64,000 nt of DNA from a bacterium (GCA_963693055.1 OY843751.1:5696001-5760000), one strand, 5' to 3'. Shown: positions 50,475-61,636, counted from the stretch's first letter. Program-made: numbers and translations. The notes: generated by a model from the letters alone, not told the origin.

Positions 50475-51206
50475 ATGATTGAAACTGACAGTATTGTTAC
50501 TGCCGTGTCACCTATGGGTATGGCAGTTTCCGACTATATGCAAGGCAATATGCACGAACTGCTTGTTACCGAACGTGATGATGGCTATTGTGATGATATG
50601 CCCGTACGCAGCTTTTTTCGTTCATTTGCTGAAATGGCACCTCATGAAAAAGCAGCTCTTGAACAATGCGATGGAAAAATTCTGGATATTGGTGCCGGTA
50701 CAGGCCCCCATTCCCTGGTATTACAAGAGTATGGCCGGGATGTGCATGCCATTGACATTTGTCCCGAAAACGTAGATTCAATGAAGGAACGCGGCGTCAA
50801 ACATGCGAATTGTATTGATATTTGGGACCTAAAAGGTAAATATGATACCCTGATGCTGCTGGGCCGTGGGATTGGAATTGTTGGAGATCTTGAAGAACTG
50901 GAGCGGTTTTTAGTCCATTGTCAATCTCTGGTAAATAAAAACGGACAAATGCTGATCAATGGTATCAATTTTAAACAAACTGATTTTATCAAACACATCC
51001 GCTATCAGCAAAGAAACCGTAAAGCACATCGTTTTGAAGGCATCTCACGGATCCGGTTGAAATACAAAGACCTTACCGGCCCATGGTTCAACTGGCTGCT
51101 GGTGGATTATGACACATTGAAAACGTACGCCCAAAAAACCGGATGGAGAACCAAAGTTCTTGAAGAAGAACCGGATGGTAATTATCTTGCGGGGTTGACG
51201 CTATAA
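50475..51206 (+). CDS. Class I SAM-dependent methyltransferase
   Basis: ILDIGAGTG, AIDIC and GPWFNWL. Confidence 0.85.
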   Translation: MIETDSIVTAVSPMGMAVSDYMQGNMHELLVTERDDGYCDDMPVRSFFRSFAEMAPHEKAALEQCDGKILDIGAGTGPHSLVLQEYGRDVHAIDICPENVDSMKERGVKHANCIDIWDLKGKYDTLMLLGRGIGIVGDLEELERFLVHCQSLVNKNGQMLINGINFKQTDFIKHIRYQQRNRKAHRFEGISRIRLKYKDLTGPWFNWLLVDYDTLKTYAQKTGWRTKVLEEEPDGNYLAGLTL

Positions 51207-51210
51207 ACAA

Positions 51211-52959
51211 TCACCCCATCCTGTACTTGTTGGTAATGGGCATACGGCGGTCTTTGCCAAAAGCGCGAGGAGTTATTTTCACACCGGGCGCTGCCTGTCG
51301 GCGTTTATATTCATTAATATCCACCAGGCGAATTACATCCTTGATAGTTTGACGCTCATAGCCCTTGGCTTCAATATCATTAACACTGAGATCATCTTCC
51401 ACATAATATTCCAGGATCGCATCCAGAATTTCATAAGGCGGCAGACTGTCTTCATCTCTTTGATCGGGACGCAATTCCGCAGACGGCGCTTTGTCTATAA
51501 TGGATTGCGGGATGATATCGTAACCGGCAATCTCGTTGCGTCGCCTTGAAAGTTTATAAACCCACATCTTGTAAACATCTTTGAGCGGAGAAAATCCGCC
51601 CACCATGTCACCATAGATGGTGCTATACCCTACACTTACTTCACTCTTGTTGCCGGTTGCCAGGGCAATCCATCCAAACTTGTTTGAAAGCGCCATTACA
51701 ATAGCTCCGCGTATGCGGGCCTGCAAATTCTCTTCAGCTACATTAAAAGGCTGGTCTTTGAACAAGGGTTCCAATAGTCCCAAATAACTGTTGAATACAT
51801 CTTCAATGGCCAATTCATTCAATGTAATACCAAAATTCTCTGCCAGGCGCACAGAATCATCTACACTACCGCGAGATGAAAACCGCGTGGGCATGGTTAC
51901 ACAGTGTACATGCTCGGGTCCCAAGGCATCGGCGGCAATGGCCGCCACCAGCGCAGAATCAATTCCACCGGAAAGGCCAAACACCACCTCCTTGAATCCG
52001 TTCTTGTGCACATAATCTTTGAGACCCAGTATCAATGCCTGGTATACCTCATCTTCATCAGACAATCGCGGACGTCCCGGTGCGGTAATTTTCAGCTCGT
52101 CATGAACAAAACGTGTTTGCAGTTCTACATATCTCAAATATTCAAAAGGGCAGTTAAATGCCTGGGCATCCTGTTCAAAAGTCTTGTCATTTTCACGGTG
52201 TCTACGAATACGATCCACATCCACATCAAACACCAGCATATCTTTTTCAAAAGCATGACCATGGCCTGCAAGAGCACCTGTCTCATCCACAATCAGGCTG
52301 TGACCGTCAAAAACCAGCTCATCCTGACCGCCAACCAGGTTATTATAGATCACAAACGCACGGGTACGCTTTGCACGACTTTGGACCATTTCTAATCGTT
52401 CATTAAACTTGGCCATATAATAAGGAGATGCAGATATATTGATCAAAATTTCTGCTTCACCACAAAAAGCCTGACTCTCGGTAACACATTCTTTAATCCA
52501 AATATCCTCACAGATCCCAATTCCCAGCTTGACTCCGTTTACAGAAATCACAAGGGGTTCATTCCCTGCTTTAAAATATCGTTCTTCATCGAACACACTG
52601 TAATTGGGCAATTGGATCTTGTGATACACCTGCTGTACCTTGCCCTCGTGGATCACCGCAGCCGCATTAAACAGGTCTTTCTCTACCCTGTCTACAAATC
52701 CTACAATACAGACAATATCATCAACTTTTGAGGTAATTTCATCCAATATACTCAACTGGTCAACAATAAACTGGTTTCTTAACAACAAGTCCTCGGGGGG
52801 ATACCCCGTAATACTTAATTCCGGAAAAATCACAACATCACAATGTTGTTCAACGGCTTGTGAAATACCGGATAATATCTTGTCTCTGTTGCCAGTCAAG
52901 TCACCAACAATAAAATTATACTGGCACATTGCTATTTTTATATTCAAATCGGATCGCAT
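51211..52959 (-). CDS. nadE: Glutamine-dependent NAD+ synthetase
   Basis: Nitrilase domain FPEL/ICEDIW; GLSGGIDS; ENLQARIR; PSAELRPDQ. Confidence 0.95.
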   Translation of the reverse strand: MRSDLNIKIAMCQYNFIVGDLTGNRDKILSGISQAVEQHCDVVIFPELSITGYPPEDLLLRNQFIVDQLSILDEITSKVDDIVCIVGFVDRVEKDLFNAAAVIHEGKVQQVYHKIQLPNYSVFDEERYFKAGNEPLVISVNGVKLGIGICEDIWIKECVTESQAFCGEAEILINISASPYYMAKFNERLEMVQSRAKRTRAFVIYNNLVGGQDELVFDGHSLIVDETGALAGHGHAFEKDMLVFDVDVDRIRRHRENDKTFEQDAQAFNCPFEYLRYVELQTRFVHDELKITAPGRPRLSDEDEVYQALILGLKDYVHKNGFKEVVFGLSGGIDSALVAAIAADALGPEHVHCVTMPTRFSSRGSVDDSVRLAENFGITLNELAIEDVFNSYLGLLEPLFKDQPFNVAEENLQARIRGAIVMALSNKFGWIALATGNKSEVSVGYSTIYGDMVGGFSPLKDVYKMWVYKLSRRRNEIAGYDIIPQSIIDKAPSAELRPDQRDEDSLPPYEILDAILEYYVEDDLSVNDIEAKGYERQTIKDVIRLVDINEYKRRQAAPGVKITPRAFGKDRRMPITNKYRMG

Positions 52960-53206
52960 TCATACTCCTGAAAATTATATCAAATAAATTATAAAAAATT
53001 TTCAGGATTTCAAAGCAATTCTAAAATAACATGAAATAAATAAAGGTTTTTAATCGTTTTTTTACAGGCATACGGAATTGTTTTCAAATCCGGTTAATAC
53101 AAAATCTCTTTATAAACAAATTGACTTTTAATGTTCCGGTTTGTACATTTATCTCTTGTAATTATTGAGGTTTATGTATTTATAATTGTACAGCAGCAGG
53201 GAGAAT

Positions 53207-54211
53207 ATGACAAAATACCTGGTAACCGGTGGTTCAGGTTTTATTGGCAGTAATTTTATTCACTACCTTTTTAAAAAATACGGGGACTCTATTCACGTAA
53301 CCAACCTGGACAAATTAACTTATGCGGGAAACCCCGACAACCTGTTAGACGTTGAAAACAGAACAAACTATACCTTTGTCAAGGGAGATATTTGCGATAC
53401 CAATATTGTAAACCCCCTGGTGGCAGAGTGTGATATTGTTGTTAATTTTGCAGCAGAAAGCCATGTTGACCGGTCCATCGGCAGCCCCGATGACTTTATC
53501 AAAACCGATGTTTATGGCGCATTTGTACTGCTCGAAGCCGCACGCATCAGCAATATTCAAAAATTTATCCAGATCAGTACTGATGAGGTATATGGCAGCA
53601 TTCTTGATGGTGCTTTCAAAGAGACAGATGTGTTAGAACCTTCCAGCCCTTATTCTGCATCCAAAGCGGGCGCTGATCGGCTGGCTTTTTCATATTTTGT
53701 GACTTATGATGTGCCGGTAACCATTTCCCGTTGCTCAAACAATTACGGTTTGTACCAGTATCCTGAAAAGCTGATCTCACTGTTTGTTACTAACGCTATT
53801 GAAGACAAACCCTTGCCAGTGTACGGTGACGGCAAATACGTTAGAGACTGGATTTATGTAATGGACCATTGTGACGCGATCGATTTCCTGATCCAGAATG
53901 GTGAAAACGGTCAGGTTTACAATATTGGTGGCGGCAATGAAAGAAACAACCTGGAAATTACTCACTTTATCCTGGATGCACTCAACAAATCCAATGATTT
54001 AATTACTTATGTAAAAGACAGACCCGGTCACGACAGACGCTATGCTGTAGATATGAGTAAAATCAAAGCCCTGGGTTGGGAACCCTCACATACATTGCAG
54101 GAAGCCCTTACAAAAACCATCAACTGGTATGTTGAGAATGACTGGTGGTGGAAAAAAATCAAATCCGGTGAATATTTAGACTATTATAAAAATCATTATA
54201 AAATGGATTAA
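53207..54211 (+). CDS. rfbB: dTDP-glucose 4,6-dehydratase
   Basis: VTGGSGFIG, AAESHVDRS, ISTDEVYG, YSASK and DRPGHDRRY. Confidence 0.95.
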   Translation: MTKYLVTGGSGFIGSNFIHYLFKKYGDSIHVTNLDKLTYAGNPDNLLDVENRTNYTFVKGDICDTNIVNPLVAECDIVVNFAAESHVDRSIGSPDDFIKTDVYGAFVLLEAARISNIQKFIQISTDEVYGSILDGAFKETDVLEPSSPYSASKAGADRLAFSYFVTYDVPVTISRCSNNYGLYQYPEKLISLFVTNAIEDKPLPVYGDGKYVRDWIYVMDHCDAIDFLIQNGENGQVYNIGGGNERNNLEITHFILDALNKSNDLITYVKDRPGHDRRYAVDMSKIKALGWEPSHTLQEALTKTINWYVENDWWWKKIKSGEYLDYYKNHYKMD

Positions 54212-54244
54212 CAAATTTCAGCCTTTTGGTAAAAAGGAGTATAT

Positions 54245-55570
54245 ATGAGCATTGAACAAAAAATCAAAAACAAAGACGTATTGGTAGGTGTTGTAGGCTT
54301 GGGATACGTTGGTCTTCCGCTGGCTGTTGAATTTGCAGACAAGGGATTCAAAGTCATAGGTATTGACAAAAGCCAGAAAAAAGTAGACCTTTTAAACAGC
54401 GGCAAAAACTATATCGATGATGTTGAAGATGCCAAATTTGAAAAAGCATTCAAAGCCGGTCTGTTTTCTGCCACTACCGAGTACGACCAGGCAGATCAGA
54501 TGGACATTATCTATATCTGTGTACCTACTCCCTTTACCGCAAACAAAGAACCCGATGTTTCTTACATTGTAGACGCGGGTAAAGGTGTTGCTCCAAAACT
54601 CCGTAAAGATCAAATTATTATCCTGAAAAGCACAACTTTTCCTGACACCACCGAAGGTGTTTTGCAACCCATCCTGGAAGCCAACGGAATGGTAGCAGGT
54701 AAAGATTATTATCTTGCTTTTTCACCAGAACGTATTGATCCCGGAAATAAAAATTTTACAACAGCAAACACCCCGGTTGTAGTTGGTGGTGTAACAAAAA
54801 AATGTACCGAACTGGCGTGTCTGGTTAACGAACAGATCATCAATACAGTTGTTCCGGTTTCATCTCCCAAAGTTGCTGAAATGGAAAAGTTGCTTGAAAA
54901 TATTTTCCGCAGTGTAAATATTGCGCTAGTAAACGAAATGGCCCGTCTGTGTGACCGCATGGGTGGAATTGACATCTGGGAAGTGGTTGAAGCCGCGGCA
55001 ACAAAGCCCTTTGGTTATATGCCCTTTTTTCCGGGACCCGGAATTGGCGGCCACTGTATTCTAATTGATCCCTATTATTTATCCTGGAAAGCGCGCGAAT
55101 ACGATTTCCATACCAACTTTATTGAACTGGCAGCAGAAACCAATGAAGACATGCCCTTTTATGTATTGGGACTCATTCGTCGGGCTTTGGGCCAGGTGGG
55201 TGTACCCTTTAACAATGCAAAAATTCTCATTCTGGGTGTAGCCTTTAAAAAAGATATTGATGACATGCGCGAATCCCCGGCATTAAAGGTTATGAAGTTC
55301 CTGGATGAACGCGGTGCAACTGAAATATCTTATAATGACCCCTATGTTCCGGAAATACAGTTCAAAGGAAACACACTAAAATCCACTGAACTGACCGCAG
55401 AGTGCCTGGAGTCATTTGATGTTGCGGTTATTGCAACTGACCATACAGCTTATGATCCTGAATTCATTGTTAAACACTCTAAAGCTGTTGTTGATACCCG
55501 AAATCTTACTAAAAATGTAGATGATGTAGATAAAAAGATCACGAAACTTGGATCAGGTACCCGATTCTAA
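54245..55570 (+). CDS. Nucleotide-sugar dehydrogenase (UDP-GlcNAc/ManNAc 6-dehydrogenase family)
   Basis: VGLGYVGLP, SPERIDPG, GIGGHC and D.RESP. Confidence 0.92.
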   Translation: MSIEQKIKNKDVLVGVVGLGYVGLPLAVEFADKGFKVIGIDKSQKKVDLLNSGKNYIDDVEDAKFEKAFKAGLFSATTEYDQADQMDIIYICVPTPFTANKEPDVSYIVDAGKGVAPKLRKDQIIILKSTTFPDTTEGVLQPILEANGMVAGKDYYLAFSPERIDPGNKNFTTANTPVVVGGVTKKCTELACLVNEQIINTVVPVSSPKVAEMEKLLENIFRSVNIALVNEMARLCDRMGGIDIWEVVEAAATKPFGYMPFFPGPGIGGHCILIDPYYLSWKAREYDFHTNFIELAAETNEDMPFYVLGLIRRALGQVGVPFNNAKILILGVAFKKDIDDMRESPALKVMKFLDERGATEISYNDPYVPEIQFKGNTLKSTELTAECLESFDVAVIATDHTAYDPEFIVKHSKAVVDTRNLTKNVDDVDKKITKLGSGTRF

Positions 55571-55579
55571 GGATATATT

Positions 55580-56677
55580 ATGTTAAAAATTGCAAATATT
55601 GTTGGGGCCAGACCCAACTTTATGAAAATTGCACCTATACACAGACGGATGCAGGCAAGTTCAAAAATTGAACCTCTGCTTATACATACCGGACAGCATT
55701 ATGATGAAAAAATGTCTAAAACATTTTTCACTGAACTTGGCATGCCGGAACCCGACCTTTATCTAGGGGTCGGTTCCGGAACTCATGCTGAACAAACCGC
55801 TGCTGTTATGATTGCGCTTGAAAAGACCTTTATGGAACAAAAACCAGACTGGGTTCTGGTAGTTGGCGATGTAAACTCTACTATTGCGGCTTCTCTTGCT
55901 GCATCAAAATTACACATCCCCATTGCTCATGTGGAAGCAGGTCTGCGCAGCTTTGACCGTCAAATGCCGGAAGAGATCAATCGAATTCTTACAGATTCAA
56001 TCTCTGATCTTTTGTTTATCACCGAGCAGAGCGGCATTGACAATCTGGCAAAAGAGGGAATTCCGTCAGACAAGATCCATATGGTGGGCAATGTGATGAT
56101 AGATTCTCTCATTGAACACCTCAAAGCGTCAGAAGCCTTGACTGTTCTTGAAGAAAATAACCTGGAACCAAATGGTTACGCTCTCGTTACATTACACAGA
56201 CCCTCAAATGTTGATAATCCTGAAATTCTGCAACAGATACTAGACACATTTGAAACTGTACAAAAAGATTTACCCATATTTTTCCCAATTCATCCAAGAA
56301 CACGGAAAAATCTGGAGAAATTTGGTCTGCTTGATAAGGTTGAACAAATGCAAAACATCCAATTGGTGGATCCCATCGGTTACCTGGCATTTTTAAGACT
56401 GATGAGCAAAGCCAGACTGGTACTGACCGATTCCGGTGGTATTCAGGAAGAAACAACCTATTTGGGAATCCCCTGTATCACATTACGGGAAAACACTGAA
56501 CGCCCCATAACGGTTGAACTGGGAACAAACAAACTGATAGGTGTTCAACCCGATGCAATATTAAAAGCATATCAGGAGACCATGAATGGCGATCAAAAAC
56601 AACACTCGATTCCACCATTATGGGATGGAGAAGCATCCAAAAGGATTGTTGAGGTTTTTGAAGCATTAGCATCATAA
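55580..56677 (+). CDS. wecB: UDP-N-acetylglucosamine 2-epimerase (non-hydrolysing)
   Basis: GARPNFMK, HTGQH, HVEAGLRS, TDSGGIQEE and TERP. Confidence 0.93.
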   Translation: MLKIANIVGARPNFMKIAPIHRRMQASSKIEPLLIHTGQHYDEKMSKTFFTELGMPEPDLYLGVGSGTHAEQTAAVMIALEKTFMEQKPDWVLVVGDVNSTIAASLAASKLHIPIAHVEAGLRSFDRQMPEEINRILTDSISDLLFITEQSGIDNLAKEGIPSDKIHMVGNVMIDSLIEHLKASEALTVLEENNLEPNGYALVTLHRPSNVDNPEILQQILDTFETVQKDLPIFFPIHPRTRKNLEKFGLLDKVEQMQNIQLVDPIGYLAFLRLMSKARLVLTDSGGIQEETTYLGIPCITLRENTERPITVELGTNKLIGVQPDAILKAYQETMNGDQKQHSIPPLWDGEASKRIVEVFEALAS

Positions 56678-56713
56678 TTTAGAATTACATATATCAGATT
56701 TTTTGGAGGAGAA

Positions 56714-58450
56714 ATGTATAAAACCATCCTGGCATCTCTGTCACTATTAATTCTCTCATTAACGGTGACAGCACAGGATTTTAGTAGTATTGAAAGCCTA
56801 AGCTCTTTAAAAAATATATCCAAACCCGCACAAAGTGCAAGTATTACTCCCTCTACACCTATCGAGTACCCTGTTGATGAAAACGAGTACAGAGTAGGCC
56901 CCGGTGACATTATTCAAATTGTTGTAGGAAATCGCGAAGAATCAACATTCAACAATTTAAAAATATCACCAGAAGGTAGTTTATCTATTCCCTCTGTGGG
57001 AAGTGTAGATCTTACAGGAATGACACTGGCACACGCCAAATCAGAAATTACAGAACTTGTTAAAAGTAAATACCTTGATGATAATATTGAAATCACACTG
57101 ATGGATGTAAGGTCTTTTAAAGTTACGGTTAGTGGTGCGGTTAACAGTCCGGGGTTGGTAATAGTAACTGCCGGAGACAGAGTTTCAGATGCTATTTATC
57201 TGGCCGGTGGATTTGAAATGGAAGCCCCTCCTGAGAATCTCCCCAAGAAACCAACTGCCCGAACCAATCCTAACGCACAACAAACCCAAAAGCCGGAAAA
57301 CAGTGAATTTGATCTGGAAATCACCAATCCGCAGGAAAAAGATCGTGAAATTGTTGCATCCAAACGTAACATTACTGTTAAACGCCGTACCGGTGAGGTT
57401 TTGAATGCCGATTACCTGAAATATTCATTGATTGGTGATCTGGATGCGAATCCCGTTTTGGTTGATGGAGATGTTGTAACAATTTCCAGCCTCAAAGAAG
57501 GATTAGGCCAGGTTTCCATATTCGGAGCAGTAAAAAATCCGAAAACCTATGAATATCTGCCCGGTGACAGAGTTAAAGATATTCTCAATATGGCCCACGG
57601 TTTTACCATAGATGCAGACTCTTCTCAACTTGAACTGGTTCGTTTTACCAACCACGCTTCTGCAACTAAAAAGATCAACATGTTGCTGGATACTCCGGAA
57701 CGTAAAAAAGAATCATTAAATTTTATGCTAAAACCGGACGATCGGTTGTTTGTTCAACAAATACCCAACTATCACTCTAAACAAACCGTCGAGATTAAGG
57801 GAGAAGTTCTTTACCCCAATAAATATGCACTGGATGATACCGTAAGACGATTAAAAGATGTTGTTAGACTTGCGGGTGGCTTTACATCCAACGCCTCTTT
57901 GAAAAATGCATACATCATTCGCCGCGCGTTGGAAAACGTTCAAGATCCAGAATTTATCCGTTTGCAGAATATGATGGTTGCAGACATGACCGAGATGGAA
58001 CGCGATTATTTCAAAGTTAAATCCCGTGAACGTACCGGCCAAATGGGTATCGACTTTATTCAAGTCTTTGAACAAAATGATGAGCAGCAAAACATTCTAC
58101 TACGCGATCAGGACCTTATCGTTATACCGACCAAAGATCTGACAGTGAATATTGCCGGCCAGGTTATTAACCCCGGATTGATTCCCTTTGAAAACAACAA
58201 AAAACTGGAATACTATATTGCAGAAGCTGGTGGATATAACTATAACGCTAAAAAATCCAAAGTTCATATTATCAAAGCAAAAACCGGTGAATGGCTCAGA
58301 CCGGGCAGAAAAGTTTCCATTGAAGTAGGAGATACTATCTTTGTTCCTGAAAAAGGAGAAATCGATTGGTGGGAACTGACTCGAGACCTGGTACAGGTGG
58401 GATACCAACTGGCAACCATTTACCTTGTTATAGAAAGAACACAAAAGTAA
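56714..58450 (+). CDS. Polysaccharide export protein with SLBB repeats (Wza/KpsD-like)
   Basis: YRVGPGD poly-export domain; repeated G.V..PG / LAGG units. Confidence 0.88.
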   Translation: MYKTILASLSLLILSLTVTAQDFSSIESLSSLKNISKPAQSASITPSTPIEYPVDENEYRVGPGDIIQIVVGNREESTFNNLKISPEGSLSIPSVGSVDLTGMTLAHAKSEITELVKSKYLDDNIEITLMDVRSFKVTVSGAVNSPGLVIVTAGDRVSDAIYLAGGFEMEAPPENLPKKPTARTNPNAQQTQKPENSEFDLEITNPQEKDREIVASKRNITVKRRTGEVLNADYLKYSLIGDLDANPVLVDGDVVTISSLKEGLGQVSIFGAVKNPKTYEYLPGDRVKDILNMAHGFTIDADSSQLELVRFTNHASATKKINMLLDTPERKKESLNFMLKPDDRLFVQQIPNYHSKQTVEIKGEVLYPNKYALDDTVRRLKDVVRLAGGFTSNASLKNAYIIRRALENVQDPEFIRLQNMMVADMTEMERDYFKVKSRERTGQMGIDFIQVFEQNDEQQNILLRDQDLIVIPTKDLTVNIAGQVINPGLIPFENNKKLEYYIAEAGGYNYNAKKSKVHIIKAKTGEWLRPGRKVSIEVGDTIFVPEKGEIDWWELTRDLVQVGYQLATIYLVIERTQK

Positions 58451-58486
58451 AAAAAAGGCCGCTGAAATTCAGCGGCCTTTTTTTTT
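58449..58486. terminator. Bidirectional Rho-independent terminator
   Basis: A8-GGCCGCTGA AAT TCAGCGGCC-T9 between convergent genes. Confidence 0.88.
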
Positions 58487-59354
58487 ACTCTATAATACCT
58501 CGGGTTTTTAACCATTCAATGCATAACATGGGCCAATAACGAAAGGCCATGTCTTTGGGACCCAAGCCCAATCCATGACGCCCTTGTTCAAAGATATGCA
58601 TCTCTGCAGGAACACCGGCTTTTCTTAATCCCAGATAAAACAAAACGCTGTTTTCAGAGGGAACACCCGTATCTTCATTGGTATGTGCCAGAAACGTGGG
58701 GGGGGTATCTTGAGTAATGCTTTGATTGTTTGAAAACTTTTCAACCAGTACAGGATCCGGATTTTCTCCCAACAGATTCCGCTTTGATCCCTGGTGTGTA
58801 TATTCGGAATTCAAAGAAATTACCGGATATATCAAAAGCATAAAATCGGGTCTGCAGCTCATTTTTTCAATAGGGTCCTTGGCATCGGGATTACCCAGAT
58901 CAAAATGAGTACCCGTTGTTGAAGCCAGGTGACCACCTGCTGAAAATCCAATTACACCTATTTTGTTTGGATCAATATTCCATTTTTTTGCATTATAACG
59001 CACCGTTCGAATGGCGTGTTGTGCATCTGTCAAAGGTACAGGATGCTGACTGCCCTTGCCGCGGCGATAGGTTGTGATAATTCCCGCAATACCATTTTCA
59101 TTCAACCATTCAGCAATCTGTTTTCCTTCATGGTCAGTTGCCAGTCCCGAATAACCACCACCAGGATAAATAACCACAGCAGCGCCTGTATTTTTTTCGG
59201 GTTCAGGTAAATAGATGCTCATCATGGGTTCTTCTGCGGTTTGTTCTGCTGTTTTCAGAGGTACACCATCTGGCCACAAGGATTGTACGGTTGGCTTTTC
59301 AGCAGCCCACAAATTTATTGCAATTAACATGAAAATACCTGCTATTCTTTTCAC
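58485..59354 (-). CDS. Alpha/beta hydrolase (acetyl-xylan/feruloyl esterase-like)
   Basis: PGGGY, GFSAGG and GRHGLG. GTG start inferred behind AGGGAG. Confidence 0.85.
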   Translation of the reverse strand: MKRIAGIFMLIAINLWAAEKPTVQSLWPDGVPLKTAEQTAEEPMMSIYLPEPEKNTGAAVVIYPGGGYSGLATDHEGKQIAEWLNENGIAGIITTYRRGKGSQHPVPLTDAQHAIRTVRYNAKKWNIDPNKIGVIGFSAGGHLASTTGTHFDLGNPDAKDPIEKMSCRPDFMLLIYPVISLNSEYTHQGSKRNLLGENPDPVLVEKFSNNQSITQDTPPTFLAHTNEDTGVPSENSVLFYLGLRKAGVPAEMHIFEQGRHGLGLGPKDMAFRYWPMLCIEWLKTRGIIE

Positions 59355-59433
59355 GGTCAACTCCCTATTTACTTTTTTCATATTTAAAATTTTCTTATAA
59401 TACAGAAATTCTGTACAAGAAACAAGAAAAGAT

Positions 59434-59943
59434 ATGTTGAGAAATATAAAAACCTTTTCAGTAGATACATGTTCCCTTTTGCTGCTGCATCGATCAGACA
59501 CCTTGGAACTTGCAATGCAGCATTACCAGCTCTTTTCTCCATCTCAGGTAATCATAGAGCTGAAAGAAAAATCATTCCATGGAATTCATGAAAAACTACT
59601 CGAAAGAATACATACTGTTGATGTAAAAATAACAAACCCAATCAACAAAACCTGTCTGTCTCTAGCGGATAAGGCTGTCATCTCATTGTACTTGTCAGCC
59701 AATTGCGATGCTGTATTAAGCGATGATAAGAAAATATTGCTTTATTGCAAAGACAATAATATTCCACACTTTTCCTGTGTTTCAATCTATGCGTTAATGC
59801 AATATCAAAACATTCTTGATAATAAAACGGCTGAAACTTTGATTTTAAACATGGGCAAGATAGGCAGGTATTCTGAAAAAATAATCAAAATGGCATTGGA
59901 TCTACAAAACAAATGGCCCGCCAAAAAGACGGGCCACATTTAA
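59434..59943 (+). CDS. PIN-domain-like protein (DUF3368-like)
   Basis: Acidic residues in VDTCSL, LSLADKAVI and VLSDDK. Confidence 0.55.
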   Translation: MLRNIKTFSVDTCSLLLLHRSDTLELAMQHYQLFSPSQVIIELKEKSFHGIHEKLLERIHTVDVKITNPINKTCLSLADKAVISLYLSANCDAVLSDDKKILLYCKDNNIPHFSCVSIYALMQYQNILDNKTAETLILNMGKIGRYSEKIIKMALDLQNKWPAKKTGHI

Positions 59944-59947
59944 AAAA

Positions 59948-61264
59948 TCACTGGTTTGAAAAGATCTGAAAACCACTATATGCTTCCATACCATGTTCAC
60001 CAATATCAAGACCACCCAGTTCTTCATCCTCAGTAACACGGATACCCAGGGTTGCTTTTAATATTGAAAAGATGATAAAAGCGGCTATTGTACACAAAAC
60101 ACCTGCTGCCAATACACCAATCAGTTGGTTTAAAATACTATATTCTTTACTGAAAATGCCAACTGCCAATGTACCCCAAACACCACAAACCAGGTGAACA
60201 GAGATAGCACCAACAGGATCATCAACTTTAAGATGATCAACAGCCAACACAGAAAATACAACAATAACACCGGCAATCAAACCGATAATAATTGCAAAAG
60301 GAATAGAAACAACATCTGCACCGGCTGTAATTCCTACCAGACCGGCAAGTGAACCGTTCAAGACCATGGTCAGATCCGGTTTCTTTTGTACACTCCACGA
60401 AGTAATCATTGAAGAAATAATTCCAGCAGAAGCGGCTAGAGAGGTAGTAACCAGAACATATGATACAGCACCAGGATCAGCAGACAATACAGAGCCGCCA
60501 TTAAAACCAAACCAGCCCATCCACAACAAAAAGACACCAATGGCTGCCAACGGCATGCTGTGGCCCATAATGGGTTTAATATGGCCATTTACAAACTTGC
60601 CGGTACGAGGTCCCAGAACTATTGCGCCAACCAGGGCTGCCCATCCACCAACAGAATGTACAAAGGTTGAACCTGCAAAATCATGGAAATTCAAGTCAGC
60701 AAGCCAACCACCACCCCATCCCCATGAACCAACGATGGGATAAACGATGGCAATATAAATCATAGAGAAAATAAGAAAACTGTTCAGTTTTATACGTTCT
60801 GCAACAGCACCGGAAACAATCGTAGCAGCGGTAGCTGCAAACATTCCCTGAAACAAGAAATCGGTCCAATAAGTATAACCAGGATTATAAGCGCTTGTAA
60901 GACCAGCTGCGTCAGTACCAACACCAAATCCTGCAAATCCTAGAACCTTGCCCAGCAGCCAGGCATCACCAGGATACATTAAATTAAAACCCATCAAGGT
61001 ATAGGTCAGCAACCCAATGGATACAATTAATGTATTTTTGAACAAAATATTTACCGTATTTTTTGCACGAGTTAAACCCGTTTCAAGGGTAGCAAAACCC
61101 AAATGCATTATAAAGACTAAAAATGTAGCAACCATCATCCAGGTATTGTTAACCGTAAACAAAACATCGCTTGCTGAAACAGCATCGCCTGCTGCTTCCT
61201 GGGCAAAAACGCTTGTAGCAAATAAAAAAACTCCTCCAATAATACCAAATTTGAAATTTTTCAA
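59948..61264 (-). CDS. amtB: Ammonium transporter
   Basis: FQGMFAA..IVSGAVAER, DFAGST.VH, GWFGFNGGS and DDPVGAISVH. TTG start inferred behind AGGAGGAG. Confidence 0.95.
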   Translation of the reverse strand: MKNFKFGIIGGVFLFATSVFAQEAAGDAVSASDVLFTVNNTWMMVATFLVFIMHLGFATLETGLTRAKNTVNILFKNTLIVSIGLLTYTLMGFNLMYPGDAWLLGKVLGFAGFGVGTDAAGLTSAYNPGYTYWTDFLFQGMFAATAATIVSGAVAERIKLNSFLIFSMIYIAIVYPIVGSWGWGGGWLADLNFHDFAGSTFVHSVGGWAALVGAIVLGPRTGKFVNGHIKPIMGHSMPLAAIGVFLLWMGWFGFNGGSVLSADPGAVSYVLVTTSLAASAGIISSMITSWSVQKKPDLTMVLNGSLAGLVGITAGADVVSIPFAIIIGLIAGVIVVFSVLAVDHLKVDDPVGAISVHLVCGVWGTLAVGIFSKEYSILNQLIGVLAAGVLCTIAAFIIFSILKATLGIRVTEDEELGGLDIGEHGMEAYSGFQIFSNQ

Positions 61265-61294
61265 AACTCCTCCTAATATCTGATCCATTAATAA

Positions 61295-61636
61295 TTACCC
61301 GATGGCATCATGGCCCGTTTCTCCGGTACGAATACGAATACAATCATCCAGAGAAAGCACAAAGATTTTTCCATCACCAATATTTCCGGTTCGCGCACCC
61401 TGAATAATTGCATCAATTGTGGGTTCCAAAAATTCATTATTGATTGCCACTTCAATACGAAGTTTTTTCAATAAATTCACCTCAATATCCGTACCGCGAT
61501 AGGTTTCATGATAACCCATCTGCTGACCACAACCCAAAGCATTCGTAACAGACATTTTGTAAATTTCGTGTTCATAAAGTGCCTGTTTTACAGAATTCAA
61601 TTTTTCGGGTTGTATATAAGCAATTACAAGTTTCAT
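61295..61636 (-). CDS. glnK: P-II nitrogen regulator
   Basis: YRG (T-loop), [12 protein letters not shown] and RIRTGE; directly upstream of amtB. Confidence 0.9.
   Translation of the reverse strand: MKLVIAYIQPEKLNSVKQALYEHEIYKMSVTNALGCGQQMGYHETYRGTDIEVNLLKKLRIEVAINNEFLEPTIDAIIQGARTGNIGDGKIFVLSLDDCIRIRTGETGHDAIG

Noticed and set aside
53066-53082. Sigma54 promoter upstream of rfbB (AGGCATACGGAATTGT)
   Set aside because: Spacing is off by one and the GC at -12 is missing.
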